NCBI GenBank assembly: GCA_964490895.1
Contig: CAZBEI010000116.1
Location: 14,639-78,638, forward strand
Length of the DNA: 64,000 nucleotides
DNA from: an uncultured Bdellovibrio sp.
GTDB lineage: Bacteria > Bdellovibrionota > UBA1018
Reading direction: 5' to 3'
The stretch's first letter is position 1. Every line of letters starts with the position of its first letter. The position numbers and the translations under genes were made by a program. Positions 56,822 to 64,000 of this stretch are shown one piece after another. Below the pieces are notes generated by a model. It saw nothing but the letters and a program-made list of their open reading frames with translations. It made no database searches and was not told the origin of the DNA.

Positions 56822-59176
56822 TTATTTACTCGTCATTTCCCAGCTGCCATCCCAATCTGTGGCGGGAGGGTTTTTCTTAAACTCAAGGCATCTTTCCATA
56901 AAAACTTCGCATGGGCCGTCCATTTTGTCAGGACTCATACGCAAAGTTTGATTGGCTTGTTCGAACTTGGCCATGGCTTCGTCCCATTTTTGTTTTGTAT
57001 AAAGCTCACGCCCCTCCTGAAAAAACTTTAGACCCTCGCTCGAATATTCGTGTTCTAAAAGCTGAATGAGCTCTACCGCTTTTTTCTTTCCCTTTACTTT
57101 GACAAAATCTAGCACCCGATGAGAGGGGAGTGGCTCGCCCGTTTTTTCAATACTGTCAAAAGTAAATCGAGAGGTGACAATGGTCACACCATAGGGTTTT
57201 GTCAGACCCTCCATCCGAGAGGCTAAATTGACATGATCCCCAATGACAGTGTACTCAAAAATTCGCTCTGAGCCCATGTTTCCAACATTGACCGCTCCGG
57301 AATTGATCCCAATTCCAGCATAGACATCCACCCCATATTGTTCCTTAAAACGAGCTTGATGCTGCGACAGCGCCTTTTGCATCTGGATCGCTGCACGACA
57401 GGCATTTGCGGCATGTTTAGGCTGGTCCAAAGGCGCCCCCCAAAAAGCCATGACCGCATCTCCAATGTATTTGTCTAAAGTTCCCTCGTGGTCAAAAACA
57501 AGGTCTGTCATGATCCCCAAATAGTCATTTAGAAATTGAGCCAACTCCTTGGCATCCATTTTTTCTGAGAAGGTGGTAAAACCCCGAATATCAGAAAATA
57601 AAATGGAGAGCTCTCTTTTCTCACCCCCCACCGAAAGTTTAGAGGGATCTTTTAAGATAGAATCCACGATCGCGGGAGCCACATACTTAGAAAAAGCACC
57701 TTTGATAAATTTTTTATTCTTTTCCTCTTGAACATACTTGATTGCCAAAGTGAGAATAAAAATAGTCCCCATTTCTAGATAAAACAAACTCGTATTCCAA
57801 TTGATTTGATGACTAAAAAGTACCTTGAGGTCAAAAAAACCAAATCCCGCAAAACATGCCATAAATAAAAAAAGAGCTGGGATAGACTCTAACCGCTCTG
57901 TAAAATAAGCAAACAAAAGAGCGCCCAGGAGCATGAGGACATAGACCCAGAGCGAACTACGAGCTCCAGAGCCCGCAGACATAAAATCAGAAGACAAAAT
58001 ATTATCCAAAATATTGGCGTGTCCCTCTACCCCTGGGACATTGTGGTCAAAGGGAAAAGCCCGCATGTCAAATACACCTAAGGCCGAAAGCCCAATCAGC
58101 ACAAAGGCGTCTTTTAAGAGTTCTTTTTTGGAGTTTGAAGCTATTTTTCTCTCTCCGGAGGCGAGTAGTTTTTCTATTGGGATTTCGTCTTCGTCTCCCA
58201 TCACCTGGAGGGCGCGCACATATTGAAAAGAATTGGAGGGACCTCTAAAATTTATTTCCATAGCCCCCAGTGGACTGACGTGAATTTTTTTGTCACTTTT
58301 TGAAAATGAAATAGAAGAAATTTTTTGTTTTTGATCGAGCGAGATTTTAAGATCGTCTTTGAGTATAATTCGGGCCATCTCAAGCGGTAAAGAAGGATAG
58401 GGTTTTCCTCCAATCATCATCACCAAATTGGTCCTTCGAATGTATCCGTCATGATCGGGCCAAGCATCAAAGAATCCACCGTGAGTTGCAGGGTTACTAA
58501 ACATTTGGATATTGGCAATCAGATCAAACCCAAACAAAAATGTAGCTTTTTTCTGGTCAAATCCGAAAGGAGTTTCGAAATTAGAGTAAGCAAATTTTTT
58601 AAAATCTTTCGGAATAGCCGATGATTTTTCGGAATCTCCTGTGATGCACACTTCTTCGGCCGATGCATACGCAGGCTGACACTTGCTTTCCGCTGACCAA
58701 CCGAGCACCAATTCGTTTTTATGGAGTTCGATTGTTTTTTTGAGTTCATAATCAGTTTCGAATTTTTCGATCAACCCTCCCAGTTGATTTTGCTTAAGGA
58801 CAGAACCTAACTCTGCAGAAATCCTTCGATCAGGCTCAGAAAAGGTCATGTCTAAACCCACCACTCGCGCACCTGCTTGAAAGGTTTTCTCAATCAAATA
58901 GGCCGTAATATCTCGGTGCCAGGGCCAGCGTCCCAGTTGCGCAATCGCATCGCTATCGATCTCTACAATGACCACTTTATTTTTGGGCATTTCGGTGCCC
59001 CGTAAGTTAAATTTCAAATTAGTAAAAGTCCCAGAAAGAACTTGCAATGAGGGAAACAGCTTGGTCCTTAAAAATTTATTATAAAGTGTTCCGCTCACTC
59101 CACACTCCGAAATATAATATGTAAATGCAAAGCCGAACAAAATGGGAATTTGAAAAAGCCAAATCTTATTCTTCAT
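56822..59176 (-). CDS. CHASE2-domain membrane sensor adenylate/guanylate cyclase (class III)
   Basis: N-terminal TM plus CHASE2-like periplasmic region and a TM cluster. Cyclase core LSILFSDIRGFTTFSEK...KYIGDAVMAFWGAP...INSGAVNVGNMG. TPR-like tail. Confidence 0.75.
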   Translation of the reverse strand: MKNKIWLFQIPILFGFAFTYYISECGVSGTLYNKFLRTKLFPSLQVLSGTFTNLKFNLRGTEMPKNKVVIVEIDSDAIAQLGRWPWHRDITAYLIEKTFQAGARVVGLDMTFSEPDRRISAELGSVLKQNQLGGLIEKFETDYELKKTIELHKNELVLGWSAESKCQPAYASAEEVCITGDSEKSSAIPKDFKKFAYSNFETPFGFDQKKATFLFGFDLIANIQMFSNPATHGGFFDAWPDHDGYIRRTNLVMMIGGKPYPSLPLEMARIILKDDLKISLDQKQKISSISFSKSDKKIHVSPLGAMEINFRGPSNSFQYVRALQVMGDEDEIPIEKLLASGERKIASNSKKELLKDAFVLIGLSALGVFDMRAFPFDHNVPGVEGHANILDNILSSDFMSAGSGARSSLWVYVLMLLGALLFAYFTERLESIPALFLFMACFAGFGFFDLKVLFSHQINWNTSLFYLEMGTIFILTLAIKYVQEEKNKKFIKGAFSKYVAPAIVDSILKDPSKLSVGGEKRELSILFSDIRGFTTFSEKMDAKELAQFLNDYLGIMTDLVFDHEGTLDKYIGDAVMAFWGAPLDQPKHAANACRAAIQMQKALSQHQARFKEQYGVDVYAGIGINSGAVNVGNMGSERIFEYTVIGDHVNLASRMEGLTKPYGVTIVTSRFTFDSIEKTGEPLPSHRVLDFVKVKGKKKAVELIQLLEHEYSSEGLKFFQEGRELYTKQKWDEAMAKFEQANQTLRMSPDKMDGPCEVFMERCLEFKKNPPATDWDGSWEMTSK

Positions 59177-59214
59177 GCCACTGCCCCCATTAGACGCGAC
59201 CGAAATCCTCTGTT

Positions 59215-59634
59215 ATGATTGAAGTCATGGATGTTGTGGATCAGACCAAAAGCCCGAGAATATTGATTGTGGATGACATGCCCGCCATGCGAAAGCTGAT
59301 CGTGGAAATGCTCGAATTTGGTGGATTTTTTAAGATGCGAGAGGCCGAAGATGGTGAAATCGCCTGGAAGCTTATCCAAGAAGAAGCCTTTGACCTGATT
59401 ATTGCTGATTGGAACATGCCTGGACTCAGCGGAATGGAGCTTTTGCGATCGGTTCGCACTCACCAAAAAACAAAATCCATTCCTTTTTTGATGGTGACAG
59501 GTAGGTGTGAACAAGCCCATATTGACGAAGCTCTTTATGCGGGAGTGAGCGACTACATTGTAAAACCCTTTGATGCAGGGAGCTTGGTCCAAAAAATATC
59601 TGAAATCCGCCTGGGTTCTCATGAGATTAAATAA
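59215..59634 (+). CDS. Single-domain CheY-like response regulator receiver
   Basis: RILIVDDMPAMRKL (acidic pocket), phospho-acceptor Asp in LIIADWNMPG, then T/K residues FLMVTG...KP. The antisense 165-aa ORF was rejected. Confidence 0.8.
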   Translation: MIEVMDVVDQTKSPRILIVDDMPAMRKLIVEMLEFGGFFKMREAEDGEIAWKLIQEEAFDLIIADWNMPGLSGMELLRSVRTHQKTKSIPFLMVTGRCEQAHIDEALYAGVSDYIVKPFDAGSLVQKISEIRLGSHEIK

Positions 59635-59718
59635 AGCCCAAAGAAAAACCCAAACAAAAGACTGATCCACTTCATCGATTTAGCCTCGTTTACTTCATCG
59701 GAAACTTGGGGCTTAGGG

Positions 59719-60816
59719 CTAAACGAGCTTAACAATCACCTTCATAAATTCTGTCTGAAAGCGCTCTTTGGAGAACTGAGAGGCTCTTTGTCGAGAGTCT
59801 TCTTCTCGAAATTGCACTTCGCGGTTTTCGATTTTCAAAACTGCGTCGATTAAACCCTGTGTCGTCTGTGGCTCAAACAACAACCCTGTTTTTTCAGTGA
59901 TTGTCTCTACAGCACCCCCCAGACGGTAGGCAATGACAGGGGCTCCAGAAGCCATGGCTTCGAGCACAGTGATCCCAAAATCCTCAACTCCAGGAAAAAT
60001 AAATGCTCGACATTTAGAAAATAAATCCTCGATCGCCCGGTTCGAAACAGGTCCGAGAAATTCGATCGTAGGACCTGCCATTTTTTTAAGTTTTTTCTCA
60101 TCTTGGCCAGAACCTACAATCATCAGAGGGAGTTTGAGCTCATTAAATGCCCGAATGGCCAAATCAATTCTTTTATAGGGCGCAAAAGCTCCAACTATCA
60201 AATAATTTTTTCCGGGCTTTCTCGGCATAGAAAATCGTGTCAAATCCACAAAAGGGTAAATTACTTTTGACTCACGTCCCCAAAACTCCCGGATTTTTCC
60301 TGCAATAAATTCGCTATTGGCAATCACCGTATCTACCCGTTCGGGCGCACTTGATGCCACATCCCATTTTTGAAGCCTTTTTCTAATAAGGCGGGCTGCC
60401 AAGCGCACTGGCAGCGCGGCGCGGCCTTTTCCAAAATAGTCTTCGAATCGATCCCACATGTAGCGCATGGGCGCATGGACATAACTCACATGGTGAGAGC
60501 CGGGACTTTTTCTGATGCCTTTGGCCACACAGTGAGAAGACGAAATAATAAGATCATACCCCTTGAGCTTAAACGCCTCAATCATGCGTGGCATGAAAGG
60601 CAAAAAAAACCGGTATCTTTTTTCTACCCCAGGAATTTTTTGCAAAGTGCTCGTATGTCGCTTTAAAGTCGTCAAAATGGGCGAAATTTTTCCAGGAACA
60701 TAGAGCAATGTATACAAATCTGCCTTTGGAAAAAGCTCTGCAATAGCCTCGAGCACTGACTCTCCACCCCTCATGCCAGTAAGCCAATCATGAACGAGCG
60801 CGACTTTAAGATTCAT
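59719..60816 (-). CDS. Glycosyltransferase family 4 (GT-B)
   Basis: C-terminal GT4 signature FIFPGVEDFGITVLEAMASGAPVIA (E-x7-E). Confidence 0.75.
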   Translation of the reverse strand: MNLKVALVHDWLTGMRGGESVLEAIAELFPKADLYTLLYVPGKISPILTTLKRHTSTLQKIPGVEKRYRFFLPFMPRMIEAFKLKGYDLIISSSHCVAKGIRKSPGSHHVSYVHAPMRYMWDRFEDYFGKGRAALPVRLAARLIRKRLQKWDVASSAPERVDTVIANSEFIAGKIREFWGRESKVIYPFVDLTRFSMPRKPGKNYLIVGAFAPYKRIDLAIRAFNELKLPLMIVGSGQDEKKLKKMAGPTIEFLGPVSNRAIEDLFSKCRAFIFPGVEDFGITVLEAMASGAPVIAYRLGGAVETITEKTGLLFEPQTTQGLIDAVLKIENREVQFREEDSRQRASQFSKERFQTEFMKVIVKLV

Positions 60817-61924
60817 AAACCTGATTCACCTTGAGAGCAAACACTTGGAGACTGTAGCGCTTGAGCAATTCCTCACGCCGCTCCAGGGGAGGAGCTTTTA
60901 ATTCGTTATTTTCTACTTTTTGAAAACCCTGCACCCACGCGTCTTCTACATTTGGATTCAAAAATAAAACCTCGTCTTTTTTTAAATCTTTTAGGCTCTC
61001 GACGTGAGGAGGAATTTGGGAGACCACGACAGGGGTCCCCAAAGCTGCAGCCTCCAGAGGAGGGAGTCCAAAACCTTCGTAAAGTGAAGGAAAAAACAGG
61101 GCTTTGGCCTGAGACAACAAAATTTTTACCTCTATGTCTGAGAGATCAGGAAGCTCCTTTATATTTTGCAATCCAGCATACTTTGGCTTTTGAAAGGATA
61201 AAACAAGAGGGGTTTTTCCTCCCCATTTTTGAAAAGCCCGCACCAAGAGATCTACATTTTTATGAAATTTCCCATTCGACAAACAAAAAAAGAACCCTTT
61301 AGATTTTATGCCACATTGCGATAAAAGAGTGGCCACCTGTTTTTGAGAAGCAGGCTCCATCATCTCGGGGTCTAAGGCTTGAGAAAGGTTGATCATCTTT
61401 TCTTGAGGAAGAGAAAGCCACTCCGAAATTTCCGCTCTAGAAAACTCAGAAACGGTTGTAATAACCCGTGCTTTTTTTAAAAATCTTTTCAAAAGTATTT
61501 GGTAATAAATTTTTTTCAAAGTATTGCCAAAGATCCTATGATTTAAATCATGAGCTGTGACCACCCAAGGACAAGGGGCTTTGATTAAACTTGAAAAACT
61601 GGTGCTATGATAAAGATCTGCACTCAATTTTTTTAATATCAGGGGAATTTCGATTATTTCTAAGGGATTTAGAAAAGGGGCCCGCATGGGAATGATCCTA
61701 AATCCACAAAAATGATCTCCTAGAAATAGTTTTGGATTAATTAAAAAAACAGGCTCATATTTGAGTCCTTGAGATTTTTCTAACTGCCGCAGTCCTTTAG
61801 CTAAAACCAAAACCCACCTTGCAACTCCACTCAAGTGGGGACTCACCATTCGAGCGTCAATTATGATTCTTGGTATGATTCTTGGTATGATTTTTGGAAC
61901 AACTTTAAGTTTTTGGTGCGACAT
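60806..61924 (-). CDS. Glycosyltransferase (GT4-like) whose N-terminal coding region contains a 12-bp x3 tandem repeat
   Basis: FFPSLYEGFGLPPLEAAALGTPVV signature. N-terminus ...KIIPRIIPRIIIDAR is encoded by the repeat at 61863-61898. Confidence 0.65.
   Translation of the reverse strand: MSHQKLKVVPKIIPRIIPRIIIDARMVSPHLSGVARWVLVLAKGLRQLEKSQGLKYEPVFLINPKLFLGDHFCGFRIIPMRAPFLNPLEIIEIPLILKKLSADLYHSTSFSSLIKAPCPWVVTAHDLNHRIFGNTLKKIYYQILLKRFLKKARVITTVSEFSRAEISEWLSLPQEKMINLSQALDPEMMEPASQKQVATLLSQCGIKSKGFFFCLSNGKFHKNVDLLVRAFQKWGGKTPLVLSFQKPKYAGLQNIKELPDLSDIEVKILLSQAKALFFPSLYEGFGLPPLEAAALGTPVVVSQIPPHVESLKDLKKDEVLFLNPNVEDAWVQGFQKVENNELKAPPLERREELLKRYSLQVFALKVNQVYES
61863..61898. repeat. In-frame 12-bp x3 tandem repeat (atgattcttggt x2 plus atgatttttgga)
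   Basis: Read directly. On the minus strand it encodes IIPR IIPR within a glycosyltransferase N-terminus. Confidence 0.7.
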
Positions 61925-63203
61925 TCTGTTTTCTTTCTAAAGTCCATAATAAACTCAAAGCGGTGACCCACATCATCTGATGAAGGACTTTGGATTCCCA
62001 AAAATTGACCTGTGTCAATCCATTGATATGAAACACAATCCACGCACAAAAAAGTCCACGCGAACTTGACCATGCTATCTTTAAAATAAAAATGCACCAC
62101 AAGATCCATGCAAATAACCCTAAAATCCCGAGGGAAGCGAGCATTTCGATAAAATTATTGTGAGCATGACCCGAAAAAACACTCGCACCTTTGTATTTGG
62201 ACTCTAAATAAAAGCCCGAAAGCTCTAAATTGTGGTGCCAGCCCACTCCCGTCAAAGGCCTTTGCTTAAAAAAAACAAAATTAGCTGCCCACAGATCTTG
62301 CCTTGTCGCCACACCTAAAGAGTCTTTCATTCTTTCTGAAATAAAAGGAAGCCGCCACGCTCCCCAAACAGCCAATACAATCACAGTAGCAAAAACAATG
62401 AGATACTTTTTGGGCAAAGATAAAGCCCCATAGAGTAAAATCCCAATAGGCAAGGCAACCCATAAAATTCTAGAATAAGTCCCAAAAAGTGCCAGTAATC
62501 CCAAGAAAATAGATACCCATGCAAACGCCTTATGTTTCTGAAATGCAATCTCTAGCGCGACAAAAAATGGAAAAATAAAGATGTTTGCAAATGAAAGGTG
62601 ATGTCCTAAAAAACCAATAACATGAAATCGATTGGGGTGGCTGGGAATGACTTGCATCCGAGGCCAACCTGTAAAATATTGAGCCACTCCAATCGCTGAA
62701 ATGAGAGTAAAAGCAATCAGCCAGACATGGAGTAGCCTCTTTTTCTGTTGGGCACTGAGCAGAGACAGACCCAAAACCAACACTATAGGCCAAAAAAGGT
62801 AGAGCGCTTTTGCCATGTCTTTCAAAAAATGGACATGGCTTTTTTTTCCAGCTACCACGAAGGGAAACAGATCGGCAAAAATCAAACTTACTGCACAGGC
62901 CAGAGCCAGAAAAAGAGAGAGGTAAAGATAAGTTTTGATCTGTTTTTGAGCTAATAAGTTTTTTAGATTCAATACCGGGTGCCGTATTTGGCTCAAAAAA
63001 AGACTCCCTACAACAATACCCGCCCCCACGCTCATGGCAGCCATCGAAAACAAAGTACAAACCGAGTAAAAAGCTAGGCTGATAAAAACCAAGTTTGATT
63101 TCGAAGAGTCTCTATCTAATTGAATCAGTGACACATTGTAGGTATACTGCACCGTGGACTGGCAAGCAATGTTTGATAGGATACTAAAACTCATTCTCAT
63201 CAT
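61905..63203 (-). CDS. O-antigen ligase / Wzy_C-family polytopic membrane protein (start uncertain: M at 63203/63200/63194 or further downstream)
   Basis: More than 10 TM helices and a large periplasmic loop with the conserved SRILWVALPIGILLYGAL...H region typical of WaaL/O-antigen polymerase-like proteins. The listed ORF runs to 63278 through a repeat-encoded [12 protein letters not shown]. Confidence 0.55.
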   Translation of the reverse strand: MMRMSFSILSNIACQSTVQYTYNVSLIQLDRDSSKSNLVFISLAFYSVCTLFSMAAMSVGAGIVVGSLFLSQIRHPVLNLKNLLAQKQIKTYLYLSLFLALACAVSLIFADLFPFVVAGKKSHVHFLKDMAKALYLFWPIVLVLGLSLLSAQQKKRLLHVWLIAFTLISAIGVAQYFTGWPRMQVIPSHPNRFHVIGFLGHHLSFANIFIFPFFVALEIAFQKHKAFAWVSIFLGLLALFGTYSRILWVALPIGILLYGALSLPKKYLIVFATVIVLAVWGAWRLPFISERMKDSLGVATRQDLWAANFVFFKQRPLTGVGWHHNLELSGFYLESKYKGASVFSGHAHNNFIEMLASLGILGLFAWILWCIFILKIAWSSSRGLFCAWIVFHINGLTQVNFWESKVLHQMMWVTALSLLWTLERKQNVAPKT

Positions 63204-63759
63204 TACTTTAACTGCTACTTTAACTGCTACTTTGACTGCTCGTTTTCCTAGTGTGTATGCTGATATCCCATCCAACAATATTCCTCAATCTCCCAGTGCT
63301 CCACCACATCTGTTTATTAGCCCCCCTGAAAAAAAAACCTTCGGTTGCCAGCGTCAGCATTTATATCAGGGTAAGCTTTTAGACTGTGATTCAAACCTAG
63401 GAAAAGATGGAGACAATCTGAGGCCCTATCTTTCGCAAGTCCCGGCCTCTTTAGCCGAACTGAATCACTATCAAAAAACAAGGCGAAATATTAGAACCCT
63501 AGCCTACCTGAGCAGTTTGGGGCTCGTGGTCATGGGACTGGGTCTTTTCTTGAGTGGAAACAAGGAGGGAACAGAGGCGATTGCTCTTAGAAATTTACTT
63601 TTTTTCCCCGGGGTCACTCTAGCGGGCGGAAGTTTTGTCTACGGTTTCTACTTGCTTCACACGAACGAGGAACACCTTGTCAAAGCTGTGGATCTTTACA
63701 ATGATGCTTATCCAGAGAAACGAATTGAATTGCGATTTACTACGGAGATAAACCTTTAA
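63154..63759 (+). CDS. Hypothetical secreted/membrane protein with a repeat-containing signal peptide
   Basis: N-terminus [31 protein letters not shown] (signal-like) and an internal TM segment [18 protein letters not shown]. Ends 2 nt before carB. Overlaps the 5' end of the listed WaaL ORF. Confidence 0.35.
   Translation: MDWQAMFDRILKLILIITLTATLTATLTARFPSVYADIPSNNIPQSPSAPPHLFISPPEKKTFGCQRQHLYQGKLLDCDSNLGKDGDNLRPYLSQVPASLAELNHYQKTRRNIRTLAYLSSLGLVVMGLGLFLSGNKEGTEAIALRNLLFFPGVTLAGGSFVYGFYLLHTNEEHLVKAVDLYNDAYPEKRIELRFTTEINL
63205..63240. repeat. 12-bp x3 tandem repeat (actttaactgct x2 plus actttgactgct)
   Basis: Read directly. Encodes TLTA x3 on the plus strand and AVKV x3 on the minus strand. 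Confidence 0.7.
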
Positions 63760-63761
63760 AA

Positions 63762-64000
63762 ATGCCACGGCGTAATGACATTCAAAAAATCCTCTTGATC
63801 GGCAGTGGGCCCATTGTCATCGGGCAAGCCTGTGAGTTTGACTACTCTGGCACCCAAGCACTCAAAGCATTAAAAGAAGAAGGCTATCAAGTCATCTTAG
63901 TCAATTCCAACCCCGCCACCATCATGACTGACCCAGAGCTTTCCCAAAGAGTTTATCTGGAACCTCTCACAGTCGAGTTTTTAGAAAAAATAATTGCCTT
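63762..64000 (+). CDS. carB: Carbamoyl-phosphate synthase large subunit, 5' end (continues beyond window)
   Basis: [60 protein letters not shown] is the canonical CarB N-terminus. No stop before the window end. Confidence 0.85.
   Translation, partial: MPRRNDIQKILLIGSGPIVIGQACEFDYSGTQALKALKEEGYQVILVNSNPATIMTDPELSQRVYLEPLTVEFLEKIIA

Noticed and set aside
59173-59670. 165-aa minus-strand ORF overlapping the CheY-like gene
   Set aside because: It is entirely antisense to a gene with an unambiguous receiver-domain signature, and its own product has no motifs or domain features. It is a typical shadow ORF.

Overview
The window is densely coded, with genes on both strands and moderate-to-low GC. 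Gene content includes many secreted peptidases, etfAB with an EtfD-like oxidoreductase, a B. subtilis-type sdhCAB, and a dapA-dapB-aminotransferase cluster. This is consistent with a Bdellovibrio-like predatory bacterium, but that is inference only. Core metabolism is well represented: amgK/murU-like peptidoglycan recycling, dap lysine biosynthesis, sdhCAB, purA, serA with a class-V aminotransferase, a partial carB, and a MacAB-TolC efflux operon. The most unusual locus is a lysine 5,6-aminomutase operon (Leu/Phe-dehydrogenase-family gene, kdd, kamD, then an S8 protease and a hypothetical gene, then kamE). kamE overlaps by 4 nt the start of a MoxR-type AAA+ ATPase gene, which is followed by a VWA-domain gene. 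A low-GC accessory cluster lies next to a tRNA-Lys(UUU). It carries a DUF4160/DUF2442-HTH pair, TerC, four secreted hypotheticals and an AAA_14-DUF4143 ATPase with a PD-(D/E)xK-like tail; a second copy of that ATPase lies 15 kb away. Other notable items: a small hydrophobic/Gly-Pro-rich peptide gene divergent from the efflux operon, a 1311-aa metzincin lipoprotein with an adjacent OMP beta-barrel behind a near-consensus sigma70 promoter, a regulator plus trypsin-like protease operon, a CHASE2 adenylate cyclase divergent from a CheY-like receiver, several gene remnants, and two in-frame 12-bp x3 tandem repeats in an LPS/O-antigen glycosyltransferase cluster. One tRNA (tRNA-Lys) was found; no rRNA, CRISPR array or recognisable transposase was seen. 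The supplied ORF track renders GTG/TTG starts as M.
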